A DNA stretch of 63,988 nucleotides, filler included, from 9 parts of 9 records of this genome joined end to end with filler, not necessarily neighbours in it, one strand, 5' to 3'; positions 1 to 10,398 are shown, counted from the whole stretch's first letter. A program made the numbers and translations. Notes: generated from the letters alone by a model not told the origin.

Positions 1-1755
1 GGCACGGATCTTACGCCCCGCCATGGCCGTCGCGGCCCCGGCCACGGGCGTGGAGCGTGACCCGTAGGTGCCCAGCCCATAAGGCGCGGTGTCGGTGTCG
101 CCCTCTTCGATGGTGATATCATCCGCCGAGATGCCGATTTCCGAGGCAAGGATCTGGGCAAAGGTCGTGGCGTGCCCCTGCCCCTGACTGATGGTCCCCA
201 GCCGTGCAATCGCCGATCCGGTTGGATGGATGCGGATTTCGCAGCTGTCGAACATGCCAAGGCCAAGGATATCGCAGTTCTTGACTGGTCCCGCGCCGAC
301 GATCTCGGTGAAATGGGTCAGGCCGATCCCCATCAACTTGCGTGTCTTTCCGGCCTTGAAATCCTCCAGCCGTTGCGCTTGTTCCTTGCGCAGATCGTCA
401 TAGCCAACCGCCGCCAGTGCTTTGTCCCAAGCGGTGTGATAGTCGCCGCTGTCGTATTCCCACCCCAGCGCCGACTGATAGGGAAACTGATCTTTGCGGA
501 TAAAGTTGATGCGGCGCAGTTCTGCCGCGTCCATGTTCAGCTTGATCGCCAGAACCTCGATCATGCGTTCGATGAAATAGGCGGCTTCTGTCACGCGGAA
601 GGAACAGCGGTAGGCCACACCCCCCGGCGCCTTATTGGTATAGACCCCATCCACGGCCAGATAGGCAGTGGGGATGTCATACGACCCGGTGCAGATGTTC
701 ATGAACCCCGCCGGGAATTTGGTCGGGTCGGCGCAGGCGTCAAAGCCACCGTGATCGGCAGTGGTATGACACCACAGCCCCGTGATCTTGCCCTCTTTGG
801 TGGCGGCAATCTTGCCCTGCATCCAGTAGTCGCGGGCAAAGGCCGTGGACATCAGGTTGTCCATCCGGTTCTCGACCCATTTCACCGGTTTGCCGGTCAC
901 AATGGAGGCGACAACCGAACAGACATAGCCCGCATAGGCCCCGACCTTGTTGCCAAAACCGCCGCCAATATCGGGGGAGATCACGCGGATGTTGTGTTCG
1001 GCAATGCCAGAGATCAGGCTAACCACCGTGCGGATCGCGTGCGGTGCCTGAAACGTGCCGTGCAGGGTCAGCTTGCCCGTGACCTTATCCATGCTGGCGA
1101 CACAGCCGCAGGTTTCCAGCGGACAGGGATGCGTGCGGTGGTAATAGACCATCTCCTCGGCCACCACATCAGCCCCGGCCAAAACCGCCTCTGTGGCGTC
1201 CTTGTCGCCCTGTTCCCATGTAAAGATGTGGTTGTGATGTTTGCGCGGCCCATGCGCGCCCTCGGTCTGGCCCACCAGATCCTCACGCAGGACGACATCC
1301 GATTTCAGCGCCTCAAATGGATCGGTCAGGACCGGCAGTTCATCGTATTCGACCTCGACCGCCTCAACGCCGTCAGCGGCGGCATAGCGGTCCTTGGCGA
1401 TCACATAGGCCACCTCCTGACCCTGAAACAACACCTTGCCATCGGCCAGCACCATCTGCTTGTCGCCCGCCAGCGTCGGCATCCAATGCAGGCCCAGCGG
1501 CTCCAAATCGGCGGCTGTCAGGACGGCTATCACGCCGGGTACCTTCATCGCCTCTTCGGTGTTGATCGAGACGACGCGTGCATGGGCATAGGGCGAACGG
1601 ACAAAATCACCGAACAGCATCCCGTCCAGCTTGATATCGTCGACGTAGTTGCCGCGACCTTGGGTAAACCGGACATCCTCGACCCGCTTGCGCGAGCAGC
1701 CCATGCCCTTGAGGCCAGCGCTGCGTTCTTCGGGGGTTGCGACCTCGTCTTTCAT
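1..1755 (-). CDS. coxL: Aerobic carbon monoxide dehydrogenase large subunit, form I (3'-truncated by window edge)
   Basis: Not in the ORF track; translated by hand from ATG 1755, which overlaps the coxS stop: [40 protein letters not shown]... The in-frame active-site loop VAYRCSFR (595-615) is the form I AYxCSFR signature. Confidence 0.95.
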   Translation of the reverse strand, partial: MKDEVATPEERSAGLKGMGCSRKRVEDVRFTQGRGNYVDDIKLDGMLFGDFVRSPYAHARVVSINTEEAMKVPGVIAVLTAADLEPLGLHWMPTLAGDKQMVLADGKVLFQGQEVAYVIAKDRYAAADGVEAVEVEYDELPVLTDPFEALKSDVVLREDLVGQTEGAHGPRKHHNHIFTWEQGDKDATEAVLAGADVVAEEMVYYHRTHPCPLETCGCVASMDKVTGKLTLHGTFQAPHAIRTVVSLISGIAEHNIRVISPDIGGGFGNKVGAYAGYVCSVVASIVTGKPVKWVENRMDNLMSTAFARDYWMQGKIAATKEGKITGLWCHTTADHGGFDACADPTKFPAGFMNICTGSYDIPTAYLAVDGVYTNKAPGGVAYRCSFRVTEAAYFIERMIEVLAIKLNMDAAELRRINFIRKDQFPYQSALGWEYDSGDYHTAWDKALAAVGYDDLRKEQAQRLEDFKAGKTRKLMGIGLTHFTEIVGAGPVKNCDILGLGMFDSCEIRIHPTGSAIARLGTISQGQGHATTFAQILASEIGISADDITIEEGDTDTAPYGLGTYGSRSTPVAGAATAMAGRKIRA

Positions 1756-2246
1756 TCCGCAGCCTCCTTTTGCGCGTTGATGTTGTCGGCGGCCGCGAGG
1801 ATCGCCTTGACGATATTCTGATAACCGGTGCAGCGGCACAGGTTGCCTGCCATGCCAAAGCGCACGTCGTCCTCTGTCGGCGTCGGATTTTCCTGCAACA
1901 GCCGGTGCGCACGGGTAATCATCCCCGGCGTGCAGAAACCGCATTGCAACCCGTGATGCTCTCGGAACATCTCCTGTAGCACCGACAGGGAGCCGTCGGG
2001 GTTCACCAACCCCTCGACCGTGGTCACATCCGCGCCCTGCGCCTGCGCCACAAAGACCGTGCAGGATTTGACCGACTTGCCGTCCATATCGACCGTGCAG
2101 GCCCCGCAATGCGAGGTTTCGCAGCCCACATGCGGCCCGGTCACCTTGAGGTTCTCGCGCAGGAAGTGGATCAACAGGGTGCGCGGCTCTGCAAGGCCTT
2201 CGACCTCTTCGCCGTTCACCTTCAGCTTTACATGCATCTTGCTCAT
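1752..2246 (-). CDS. coxS: CO dehydrogenase small [2Fe-2S] subunit
   Basis: Motifs [20 protein letters not shown] and NLCRCTGY; lies between coxM and coxL. Confidence 0.95.
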   Translation of the reverse strand: MSKMHVKLKVNGEEVEGLAEPRTLLIHFLRENLKVTGPHVGCETSHCGACTVDMDGKSVKSCTVFVAQAQGADVTTVEGLVNPDGSLSVLQEMFREHHGLQCGFCTPGMITRAHRLLQENPTPTEDDVRFGMAGNLCRCTGYQNIVKAILAAADNINAQKEAAE

Positions 2247-2257
2247 ACCGTCCCCCC

Positions 2258-3094
2258 TCAGCCCGCGACGCGCGACAGCGCCCGGTCGATGGCGCGGCGC
2301 AACACGACGCCCGCCACATGTTTCTTGAACTCGATTGGTCCGCGCATGTCCTCCTGCGGATCAATGGCGGCGAGCGCGGCGCTGACGGCCCCCTCTTTGT
2401 CCCCAGAGGCCAAGGCCGCGCCCGCCTCTGCCGACCAGACCGGCGTATCCGCCAGATTGGTCATGGCAATCGAAGCGCCGCCGGGACCAACCAGAACCGC
2501 CGCCGCTGCGGTGGCATAGTCGCCGATCTTGCGCTTTTGCTTTTCATAGGCAAATCCGGTGCCCGCCGCCGGGCGGGGGATGAAAATCCGCGTCAGGATC
2601 TCTTCGTCGCTGCGCGCGGTGAAATAGGCGGAGTCGTAAAAGTCCCGCGCCGCGATACGGCGTCCACCATCCGGCCCAACCACCTCGTAGGACGCATCAA
2701 GGCATTGCATCAGGCCCGGCATGTCATTGCCGGGATCACCATTGGCGACATTGCCGCCGATGGTGCCAACGTAACGCACCTGCGGGTCGGCAATCTGCAA
2801 CGCCGCCTCACGCAGGATTGGTGCGGCCTGCGCCAGCCCCCTATGGGTGATCAACTCATTCTGTGTTGTCATCGCACCGATGGTGACGCTGTCAGCGCCG
2901 ACCTCGATCCCCTTGAGTTCATCAATGTCTTGCAAGTCGACAAGATGAGACAAATGGGCCATGCGCAGCTTCATCATCGGGATCAGGCTGTGACCGCCCG
3001 CGACAACCCGTGCCTCATCGCCATGTGCCTGCAACAGACCGATAGCCGACGCCATATCTGTCGGCCGATGGTACTCAAACCCGGCTGGTATCAT
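2258..3094 (-). CDS. coxM: CO dehydrogenase medium FAD-binding subunit
   Basis: Start [11 protein letters not shown] (ATG 3094) follows a GGGAGG RBS; motifs [13 protein letters not shown] and TIGGN. The ORF-track start at 3277 is too far upstream. Confidence 0.93.
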   Translation of the reverse strand: MIPAGFEYHRPTDMASAIGLLQAHGDEARVVAGGHSLIPMMKLRMAHLSHLVDLQDIDELKGIEVGADSVTIGAMTTQNELITHRGLAQAAPILREAALQIADPQVRYVGTIGGNVANGDPGNDMPGLMQCLDASYEVVGPDGGRRIAARDFYDSAYFTARSDEEILTRIFIPRPAAGTGFAYEKQKRKIGDYATAAAAVLVGPGGASIAMTNLADTPVWSAEAGAALASGDKEGAVSAALAAIDPQEDMRGPIEFKKHVAGVVLRRAIDRALSRVAG

Positions 3095-3152
3095 TTTCGA
3101 ATGTCCTCCCTGCGGTCTCCCTCCGCATGAGGCCAGACTTCCTCGAAGCAGG

Positions 3153-3223
3153 GCACGAACCAACGAAAGAGCCATGAAATGCAGGGCCCTGCGCACGAAA
3201 TGCGAAATACTTGCACAAGATGC
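3153..3223 (-). promoter_or_regulatory. Imperfect direct repeats upstream of coxM, candidate LytTR-regulator binding sites
   Basis: Minus strand: GCATCTTGTGC (3223-3213), GCATTTCGTGC (3203-3193), GCATTTCATGG (3182-3172), TTGGTTCGTGC (3163-3153); spacing 20/21/19 bp. Confidence 0.55.
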
Positions 3224-3319
3224 GATACTCTCACCAACAACGGCTGGGGACGCCGAGTGGGGCGAGGTTCCGGCCAATGGCCGGATCGAGGACCCCCCGT
3301 CCCCTGTCCAGATTGTCGA

Positions 3320-4447
3320 CTAAACGCCCAGAACCTGCCGGACGTCCGAAAGACGTGACCGACTCACCGGCACCTTGGGCAGCGACTCGACCGCCTCAAA
3401 GAAACACAGACCAGTGTCCTTGGTCCGCCGAAACTCTGTCACGAAGGCAGGATTAACCAGAAAGCTGCGATGGGTTCGGATCAGACCGGCAGGTTCAAGC
3501 CGTTTGGACGCCTCAGAGATCGACCAAGGGCAAAACAGCTTGTTCACACCGGCATAAATCACGGTGTAATGCCCCTCGGCCCGAACGGCAGCAATCGCGG
3601 TCGCGTCCAGAAAATGGGTACGCCCCTCTTTTTCGTACGGTACCGACACGCGTGTCCCCGATGGGCGAGGCAACTGGTCCGGGGTGGGAACCGTGTCTTT
3701 GACGGCCTGTTGGCTTTCGACCGATGGCGGGGCCGCAACCTTGACCGGAAAGAAGGTGATGCCAGACAACAGAAAGGCACCGCAGATCGCGAAAGACGAC
3801 AGCGTCACCCCCATTGCCAGAACCTCATTCGACAGGATCGGCCCTGTCCCGCCTCCGCCTCCCAGCCCGACAAAACCGGTTCCGGCCATGGCGATAAAAT
3901 GCAGGGCAAAGACCGAGACGCCGAAAAACAGCGTGCCCAGCAGGATGTGACCCCGTGTCCGTTCACCGTAAGCGATCCAGATCGCCGCTATAGACAATGC
4001 CAATGCGGCGACCAACGCCACCAACACACCACCCACACTATAGACTGGGCGGCACAGTTCCATCCCGCTCATCCCGACGTAGTGCATTGCGACGATCCCC
4101 GCCCCGACAATCGCCCCGGCCATTGTCAGGCTGGCGGGCGTGCGGTCACGGAAATGCAGGATCAGCAGAGCCAGGCCCACCATCAGGATCGCAATCAGCG
4201 CCGAGATCAGCGTCACCAAGCCATCGTAGTAGAACAAGATCGGCAGTTGCAGTCCCAGCATGGCGACAAAATGCATCGACCAAATGCCACCGCCCAAAGC
4301 GACTGCTGAAATGGCGACAACCGCCTTGCGCCGTGCCAACGGCAGCGCCGATGCGCCGCGGGTGATCGCCAGACCGCTGAAACCGGCCATCAGCGCAACC
4401 GCAAGGGATGCCACCACAAGTGTGGGATGATGCGAGAACTCAAGCAC
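3320..4447 (-). CDS. MHYT membrane sensor + LytTR DNA-binding regulator (CoxC-like)
   Basis: MHYT repeats (IWSMHFVAM, AMHYVGM, ALHFIAM) and a C-terminal LytTR domain (AEGHYT...RTHRSFLVN); probable GTG start at 4447 after GGAGG. Confidence 0.85.
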   Translation of the reverse strand: MLEFSHHPTLVVASLAVALMAGFSGLAITRGASALPLARRKAVVAISAVALGGGIWSMHFVAMLGLQLPILFYYDGLVTLISALIAILMVGLALLILHFRDRTPASLTMAGAIVGAGIVAMHYVGMSGMELCRPVYSVGGVLVALVAALALSIAAIWIAYGERTRGHILLGTLFFGVSVFALHFIAMAGTGFVGLGGGGGTGPILSNEVLAMGVTLSSFAICGAFLLSGITFFPVKVAAPPSVESQQAVKDTVPTPDQLPRPSGTRVSVPYEKEGRTHFLDATAIAAVRAEGHYTVIYAGVNKLFCPWSISEASKRLEPAGLIRTHRSFLVNPAFVTEFRRTKDTGLCFFEAVESLPKVPVSRSRLSDVRQVLGV

Positions 4448-4999
4448 GCCGCCGACCCTCCAGATGTGCAAAAATTAGTCAAGCCACCTTTGCGGCACAA
4501 GCGCATCCATACCCTTGTCTGCAAGGTTCGATACACTTCATGATAGAATAGACAAAAATCTTTTCAGGGGAACAGCGCGATATCGGAAACACTCCTGCGC
4601 CTTCCATGATTACGGTTTCTTAACCCTCACCAATGACGCGCTTTCAACAATTTCCCGCCCAATCATTCCCGAAATCGCGTCCCTAAGTGGAAACTGGATC
4701 GGTTTTCCGGCCAGTCCCTTGCTCGCCACGCTGCTTCAGGACCTTTGAAATGACTTGTTTGAACAGGCACACATTGGCCACCCAAGACGCCCCTCTGGCG
4801 CCTTGCTCGGCTATGTGCGCCGGGTCAGGTACCTTGCAGCGCACCACCCGCACACGACGTGTCGGATCTGCCCCCGACCGAAACCAACCGTCCAAAACGG
4901 GCCCTCTGCTGGGTCTGTACAAGACGGGTTTGCCCCTGCGCGTCTCGCCGCTGTCCAACACCAGGCGAGGCGCGCACCTGAAGAACTGGACCCCGCCTC

Positions 5000-6056
5000 A
5001 TGTGCTTTCTCTGCCAGAGCCTGAATCCCAGGACCGATGACTATGATTTCCATGGCCTGACCGGCCCGACCGCCGCCGCCACTGTCGGTGACAGCAGCAG
5101 CGCGCCCGCGTCGTCAAAACCGGTCTATTCACTGGATCAGGTCGCCGCACAGTTGACCCATGGCTATTGGCAGGCTGGCGGCGGGGATTGGCGCACCTTC
5201 AACGTTCAAGCGGGCGACACTCTCACGGTCAATCTGGACGGGCTCGACTCTGTCGGCCAAGCCGCCGCAATGGCGGCGTTGGCGGCGTGGACGGCGGTTT
5301 CGGGCCTGCAGTTCATGACCACCTCGGGCAATGCAGACATCACTTTTCAGGACCACGACAGCGGTGCCTTTGGCTATTCCGCCGTATATACGGGTTGGAA
5401 CGAAATAGCCTATTCCGTCGTCAACGTTCATGTCAGCTGGCAGAACAATATTGACTACTACTACCAAACCTATGTCCACGAGATCGGCCATGCCTTGGGT
5501 CTGGGACACGGCGGTAACTACAACGGCAGCGCCGATTTCGACAGTCAGGCACATTATGCCAACGACAGTTGGCAGATGTCGATCATGTCGTATTTTGCCC
5601 AGTGGGAGAACCCGAACGTCGATGCCTCGGGAATGTATCTCAATTCACCGCAAATGGCTGACATCCTTGCTATCCAGAACCTGTATGGCACACCCGACAA
5701 CGTGCATGTCGGTAACAGCGTCTACGGCGACAACACCAATCTGGACGCGACGGGCATGGATCTGGAACGAGGCCGCGCGGTCACGATTTTCGACAGTGCC
5801 GGGATCGACCTGATCGACCTTGGATCGCGGGTCTACAATCAATATCTCAGCCTGATCGACGCCACTTGGTCAAATCTGGACGGCTATGTGGGCAACTTCG
5901 GCATCGCGCGCGGGGCGGTAATCGAGAACGCCATCACCGGTGCAGGCAACGACCACGTCACTGGCAACACCGCTGCCAATGATATCCAGACCGGCGATGG
6001 GGCCGATACAGTGCAGGCCGGGGCCGGCGACGATACAATCGACGGCGGTGCAGGCG
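5000..6056 (+). CDS. Serralysin-like M10 zinc metalloprotease with Ca-binding RTX repeats (3'-truncated)
   Basis: HEIGHALGLGH metzincin motif, Met-turn SIMSY, IENAITGAGND, and glycine/aspartate nonapeptide repeats GDGADTVQA and GAGDDTIDG. Confidence 0.9.
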
Positions 6057-6156
6057 NNNNNNNNNNNNNNNNNNNNNNNNNNNNNNNNNNNNNNNNNNNN
6101 TTAATTAATTAANNNNNNNNNNNNNNNNNNNNNNNNNNNNNNNNNNNNNNNNNNNN
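6057..6156. other. Artificial contig linker
   Basis: 44 N + TTAATTAATTAA (stops in all six frames) + 44 N. Confidence 0.99.
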
Positions 6157-6744
6157 GCGTATCACGCCGAAACGGCGCAGCTCGCCGTTGGCGACGGACA
6201 TGGATACATCATGATCGTCGATACCACCCGGTGGCAGATCGCCCGTGACTTCCGCGCTATGCGCCACGGGCCGGTCTGGGCCTTGGCATTCTCGCGCGAC
6301 GGACAGACCGTTTATGCTGGCGGGCTGGACGATGTTGTCTACGCTTGGCCCGTTGCGTTGCTGGATGAATTGGAATCGCCCGATGGGTCCGGTCAGCGCA
6401 GTTTTTTGCGCGATCCCGAAACCATGCCCAACGGCGAACGCCAGTTCATGCGCAAATGTTCGATCTGCCACGCGCTGACCGCCGGTTCCTCGCGCAAGGC
6501 GGGGCCGTCGCTGTACGGTGTCTTTGGACGGCGTGCCGGAACGCTGCCCGATTACCGCTATTCCGACACGCTGGACGGCTCTGACATCATCTGGACGGAA
6601 ACAACCATCGACGCGCTGTTTGACACCGGCCCCGACCACTATATTCCCGGCTCAAAGATGCCCATGCAGGTGATCGCTCGCCCCGAAGACCGGGCCGACC
6701 TGATCGCCTTTCTCAAATCTGCAACCACAGGAGACGCCAAATGA
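6157..6744 (+). CDS. WD40-repeat / c-type cytochrome fusion protein (5'-truncated)
   Basis: WD-like repeat GPVWALAFSRDGQTVYAGGLDDVVYAW, then a cytochrome c2-like domain (CSICH, GPSLYGVFGRRAG, PGSKM). Confidence 0.85.
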   Translation, partial: AYHAETAQLAVGDGHGYIMIVDTTRWQIARDFRAMRHGPVWALAFSRDGQTVYAGGLDDVVYAWPVALLDELESPDGSGQRSFLRDPETMPNGERQFMRKCSICHALTAGSSRKAGPSLYGVFGRRAGTLPDYRYSDTLDGSDIIWTETTIDALFDTGPDHYIPGSKMPMQVIARPEDRADLIAFLKSATTGDAK

Positions 6745-6866
6745 AGGCCATGCTCACCGGCTTTGTTGCCATGATCCTGCTCGGCGTGGGGGCCTGGTAT
6801 GGCCTCAACGAACTGGGCTTTTCCTCGGCTGATGTCTATTCCGGCGAAAATGTCCGGCTCGACTAG
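6741..6866 (+). CDS. 41-aa single-TM small protein
   Basis: MKAMLTGFVAMILLGVGAWYGLNELGFSSADVYSGENVRLD; AGGAG RBS; ATGA overlap with the upstream stop. Below the ORF-track size cutoff. Confidence 0.7.
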   Translation: MKAMLTGFVAMILLGVGAWYGLNELGFSSADVYSGENVRLD

Positions 6867-6892
6867 GGCATTCAGCAGGTTGGGCGGTCCGC

Positions 6893-8227
6893 ATGACACC
6901 ATTGGATGACTACGGTCACAGCCTTGCCGGGGCCTCGGTGCTTGTCGTTGATGACGAGCCGGGGATGCGCAATTTTCTGGCCAAGACGCTAGGCCCGCGT
7001 GTCAAACTTGTGGCCGAGGCTGCCTCGGCCCGCGAGGCGACGCTGCGTCTGGATGAGGCGCAGTTCGATGTGATTGTCGTCGACAACAAGATGCCCGGTG
7101 GGTCCGGCATCGATTGGGTGCGGGACCAGCGGCGCAAAGGGCTGTATGCCGAAACGGTGCTGATCACAGCCTATGCGGACCTTGAGACCGCCATTGCCGC
7201 GTTGCGCGCCGGGGTCAGCGATTTTGTACTGAAACCGTTTCGTGCCAACCAGTTGGTGGGGGCCGTGGCGCGCACTCTGGATCGGGGCGCGTTACGCCGG
7301 GACAATCGCCTGCTGCGTCACGCGTTGGGTACGGACGGGGATACCCAGTTGCTGGGCCGCTCTGCACCGATGCAGGCCGTTCGTACGATGCTGGGCAAAC
7401 TCGCGCCGCTGCCGACGCCTGTGCTGTTCACGGGCGCGACCGGCACTGGCAAGGAACTGGCCGCGCGCACGCTGCACCGGATGGGCGGGCGCGCGGAACG
7501 GCCGTTTGTGGCCGTCAACTGCGCGGCCATCGCACCCGACCGTATCGCTGCCGAGTTGTTTGGCGCGGTCGAGGGGGACCATCTGCGCCCCGGTCTGTTC
7601 CTGCTGGCCGATGGCGGCACGCTGTTTTTGGACGAAGTGGCGCAGATGTCCGACACACTTCAAGCGGCGCTGCTGCGGGTGCTGGAGGATCAGCGCGTGC
7701 GCCCAATCGGGGCAGAACGGGAAATTCCGCTGAACCTGCGGCTGACCTTTGCCACCAATACCGATCTTGAGCAGGCTGTGGCAGAGGGACGCTTTCGCGC
7801 CGACCTATATCACCGCATCAATGTTCTGCGGATCGAAATGCCACCCCTGCGCGACCGGTCCGAAGATATCGTCGAATTGGCGGCATTGTTCATGATGCAT
7901 TTTTCCAAGGCACTGGGGATGCCGGCGCTGCGGTTGGACGACCAGACCTTGATGAAGCTCAGCCGCTACGCCTGGCCCGGCAACGTGCGCGAATTGCGCA
8001 ACCTTGTGGAACGGTCGGTGATCCTCGGCGAGTTCCCGGACGAATTTTCTGGCAGCGGGTCGATGACGGGGATCGAGGCGATTGAGAACCTCGATCTGGT
8101 TATGCAGCGGCACATTCACCACGTTCTGGAAATGTCCGGAGGCAACCGGGCCGAGGCGGCACGTCGCCTTGGCGTTTCGCGCAAGACGGTGGATCGCAAG
8201 GTCGCAAGTTGGGGCGAGGACGGATGA
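6893..8227 (+). CDS. NtrC-family response regulator (REC-AAA+-Fis HTH) lacking GAFTGA
   Basis: REC domain (VVDDEP, VDNKMPG), Walker A GATGTGKE, Walker B TLFLDE, WPGNVREL, C-terminal HTH GNRAEAARRLGVSRKT. Confidence 0.9.
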   Translation: MTPLDDYGHSLAGASVLVVDDEPGMRNFLAKTLGPRVKLVAEAASAREATLRLDEAQFDVIVVDNKMPGGSGIDWVRDQRRKGLYAETVLITAYADLETAIAALRAGVSDFVLKPFRANQLVGAVARTLDRGALRRDNRLLRHALGTDGDTQLLGRSAPMQAVRTMLGKLAPLPTPVLFTGATGTGKELAARTLHRMGGRAERPFVAVNCAAIAPDRIAAELFGAVEGDHLRPGLFLLADGGTLFLDEVAQMSDTLQAALLRVLEDQRVRPIGAEREIPLNLRLTFATNTDLEQAVAEGRFRADLYHRINVLRIEMPPLRDRSEDIVELAALFMMHFSKALGMPALRLDDQTLMKLSRYAWPGNVRELRNLVERSVILGEFPDEFSGSGSMTGIEAIENLDLVMQRHIHHVLEMSGGNRAEAARRLGVSRKTVDRKVASWGEDG

Positions 8228-8446
8228 TCCTTCGTCTGCGGGAGCAAGTGTTTGCCCTGCCCAAACCCGCCGCTGCATAATTGCGCAATATTTCCGAACG
8301 CGCGGAGACAGATTGACCCGCTTGATGCGGACATTTCTTGTCTATGGGTCATATTGGCCCCTAGTTTTGCTTGAAAATGCATGCCCACCTTTCATAGTCT
8401 GCTGCATGAAAGGCGCGCGGGCGTCGGAAATTTTGCAGGGCTGGAC

Positions 8447-9154
8447 ATGTTGGGAATGGGAGAGGCTTTTGGCGTCGCGGTGGCGCTTATCCTCTCGGGG
8501 GACGGGGATCTGATGGAGATCGTCGGCCTGTCCTTGCGTGTCAGTCTGACAGCCACTATCGCCGCCTGTGCTATCGGCTTGCCGGTGGGGGCACTGGTTG
8601 CGACCAGTCGCTTTCCGGGGCGAGGCGCTGTTCTGGTGGTGATGAACGCGCTTATGGGGCTGCCGCCGGTTGTTGTCGGCCTGATCGTTTACTTACACCT
8701 GTCGCGCGCCGGGCCGCTGGGCTTTCTGGGGCTGCTCTATACACCGACCGCGATGATCATCGCCCAGACGATCCTGATTGCCCCCATTACCGCCGCCCTG
8801 TCGCGGCAGGTGATCGAGGATATGCACGCCGAATATGCCGACCACTTTCGGTCGCTCTGCCTCAGCACGCGGCAGACCGTTCAGGCGCTCCTATGGGATG
8901 CCCGATACGCACTGCTGACCGTGGCACTGGCGGGCTTTGGTCGCGCAGCGGCAGAGGTGGGCGCGGTGATGATCGTTGGGGGGAATATCGACCATTTGAC
9001 CCGTGTCATGACCACTGCCATCGCGCTGGAAACCTCCAAGGGCGACCTACCGTTGGCGTTAGGTCTTGGCATTGTGCTGATGATCCTGGCGCTTGGCGTT
9101 AATGCCCTGGTGCACAGTCTGCGCCTTACAGCCGTGAGACAAGCCTATGCGTGA
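8447..9154 (+). CDS. tupB: Tungstate ABC transporter permease
   Basis: LMGLPPVVVGL and EVGAVMIVGGNI...TRVMTTAIALETSKG, typical of TupB; start chosen at ATG 8447. Confidence 0.82.
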   Translation: MLGMGEAFGVAVALILSGDGDLMEIVGLSLRVSLTATIAACAIGLPVGALVATSRFPGRGAVLVVMNALMGLPPVVVGLIVYLHLSRAGPLGFLGLLYTPTAMIIAQTILIAPITAALSRQVIEDMHAEYADHFRSLCLSTRQTVQALLWDARYALLTVALAGFGRAAAEVGAVMIVGGNIDHLTRVMTTAIALETSKGDLPLALGLGIVLMILALGVNALVHSLRLTAVRQAYA

Positions 9155-9905
9155 AGCCATCATTCATGGACCCGAAGCCCTGATTGTGGGGGCCACTCCG
9201 GCCTCTAACCTGCTTCCCTTGCGGGTCGAGGGGCTGACGCTGGATCTGGGCGGGCGGCGCGTGCTGGACGGGTTGGACATGGAACTGGGGCCGACCGGCT
9301 GCACGGTGATCCTGGGTCCGAATGGGGCGGGTAAAAGTCAACTTCTCAGGGTGTTGCACGGTCTTCTTCATCCGGGCGCGGGGGTGGTCGACTGGAATGG
9401 CGTCATACCTACACAGGCCACGCCCCGACAGGCATTGGTGTTCCAGAAACCTGTGCTGTTGCGCCGCTCTGTCGCTGCGAACGTCGACTTTGTCCTGCGC
9501 AGTCGGGGTCTGCCGCGGGCGCGTCGGGATGATTTGCTCGACCACGTCGGATTGGCCCATAAGGCGCGCCAACCCGCCCGCCTGCTGTCAGGAGGCGAGG
9601 CGCAGCGTCTGGCGTTGGCGCGTGCCATGGCGACTGACCCGGATGTTCTGTTTCTGGATGAACCCACCGCCAGCCTTGACCCGGCTTCGGTCAACCGGAT
9701 TGAGCACATCATTCGCCGCGCCACCCAGCGCGGCACCCGTGTGATCCTTGTGACTCATGACATCGGTCAGGCCCGACGCATGGCCGATGACGTTGTGTTC
9801 CTGCATGGCGGGCGCGTCACCGAACATGCCCCCGCATCCCGATTTTTTCCACAACCCCAAACCCTTGCCGCCCGTGCCCACGTGGCAGGTGGCCTTGTTC
9901 TCTGA
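9147..9905 (+). CDS. tupC: Tungstate ABC transporter ATP-binding subunit
   Basis: GPNGAGKS, LSGGE, LFLDEP, FQKPVLLRRS; overlaps the tupB end. Confidence 0.8.
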   Translation: MREAIIHGPEALIVGATPASNLLPLRVEGLTLDLGGRRVLDGLDMELGPTGCTVILGPNGAGKSQLLRVLHGLLHPGAGVVDWNGVIPTQATPRQALVFQKPVLLRRSVAANVDFVLRSRGLPRARRDDLLDHVGLAHKARQPARLLSGGEAQRLALARAMATDPDVLFLDEPTASLDPASVNRIEHIIRRATQRGTRVILVTHDIGQARRMADDVVFLHGGRVTEHAPASRFFPQPQTLAARAHVAGGLVL

Positions 9906-9933
9906 CTGAAAACCAACCGAAAGGACTACTGCG

Positions 9934-9997
9934 ATGACTCGTCTTCGCCTCGCCGCGTTGCTTTGCGCGACTGCAATTCCGATGGCCGCAAGCGCCG
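9934..9997 (+). CDS. N-terminal signal peptide of probable tungstate-binding protein (truncated)
   Basis: AAAGGA RBS then MTRLRLAALLCATAIPMAASA; identity inferred only from position after tupBC. Confidence 0.45.
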
Positions 9998-10097
9998 NNN
10001 NNNNNNNNNNNNNNNNNNNNNNNNNNNNNNNNNNNNNNNNNTTAATTAATTAANNNNNNNNNNNNNNNNNNNNNNNNNNNNNNNNNNNNNNNNNNNN
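9998..10097. other. Artificial contig linker
   Basis: N44-TTAATTAATTAA-N44. Confidence 0.99.
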
Positions 10098-10338
10098 GCG
10101 TCGCACCGGAGAAGGCTCCGGAGAGCACACCGACCAGTGTAATGCCGATCTGGACCGTGGAAAGGAAACGTCCGGGATCAGCCGAGAGGGCGAGGGCCCG
10201 TGCGGCACCGCGCTGACCCTGATCCGCCCGGGATTTCAACCGGGCGGGTCTGGCCGAAACAACAGCCAGTTCCGACATGGCCATGAAACCATTGAAGATG
10301 ATGAGGACGAAGAGAATGGCGATTTCAATAATGAGCAT
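10098..10338 (-). CDS. HlyC/CorC (CNNM/DUF21) family membrane protein, N-terminus (truncated)
   Basis: NGFMAMSELAVVSAR...FLSTVQIGITL motif. Confidence 0.85.
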
Positions 10339-10398
10339 GGAAGCTGTTTAGCACTCCCGGATGAAGGGCGCGAGACTGCTTTGTGGGCAGGGAAAACG

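Noticed and set aside
172..1821. 549-aa plus-strand ORF
   Set aside because: Antisense shadow of coxL in GC-rich DNA; no recognisable motifs
6101..6112. Recurring TTAATTAATTAA as a biological repeat or CRISPR-like element
   Set aside because: Always centred in N-runs; a synthetic six-frame-stop spacer
8280..8351. Palindrome ATTGCGCAAT and TGACCC...GGGTCA upstream of tupB
   Set aside because: Too short to separate from chance; no match to a motif I can name
1..9997. cox operon plus tungstate transporter as one metalloenzyme system
   Set aside because: Separated by a linker; physical linkage unsupported
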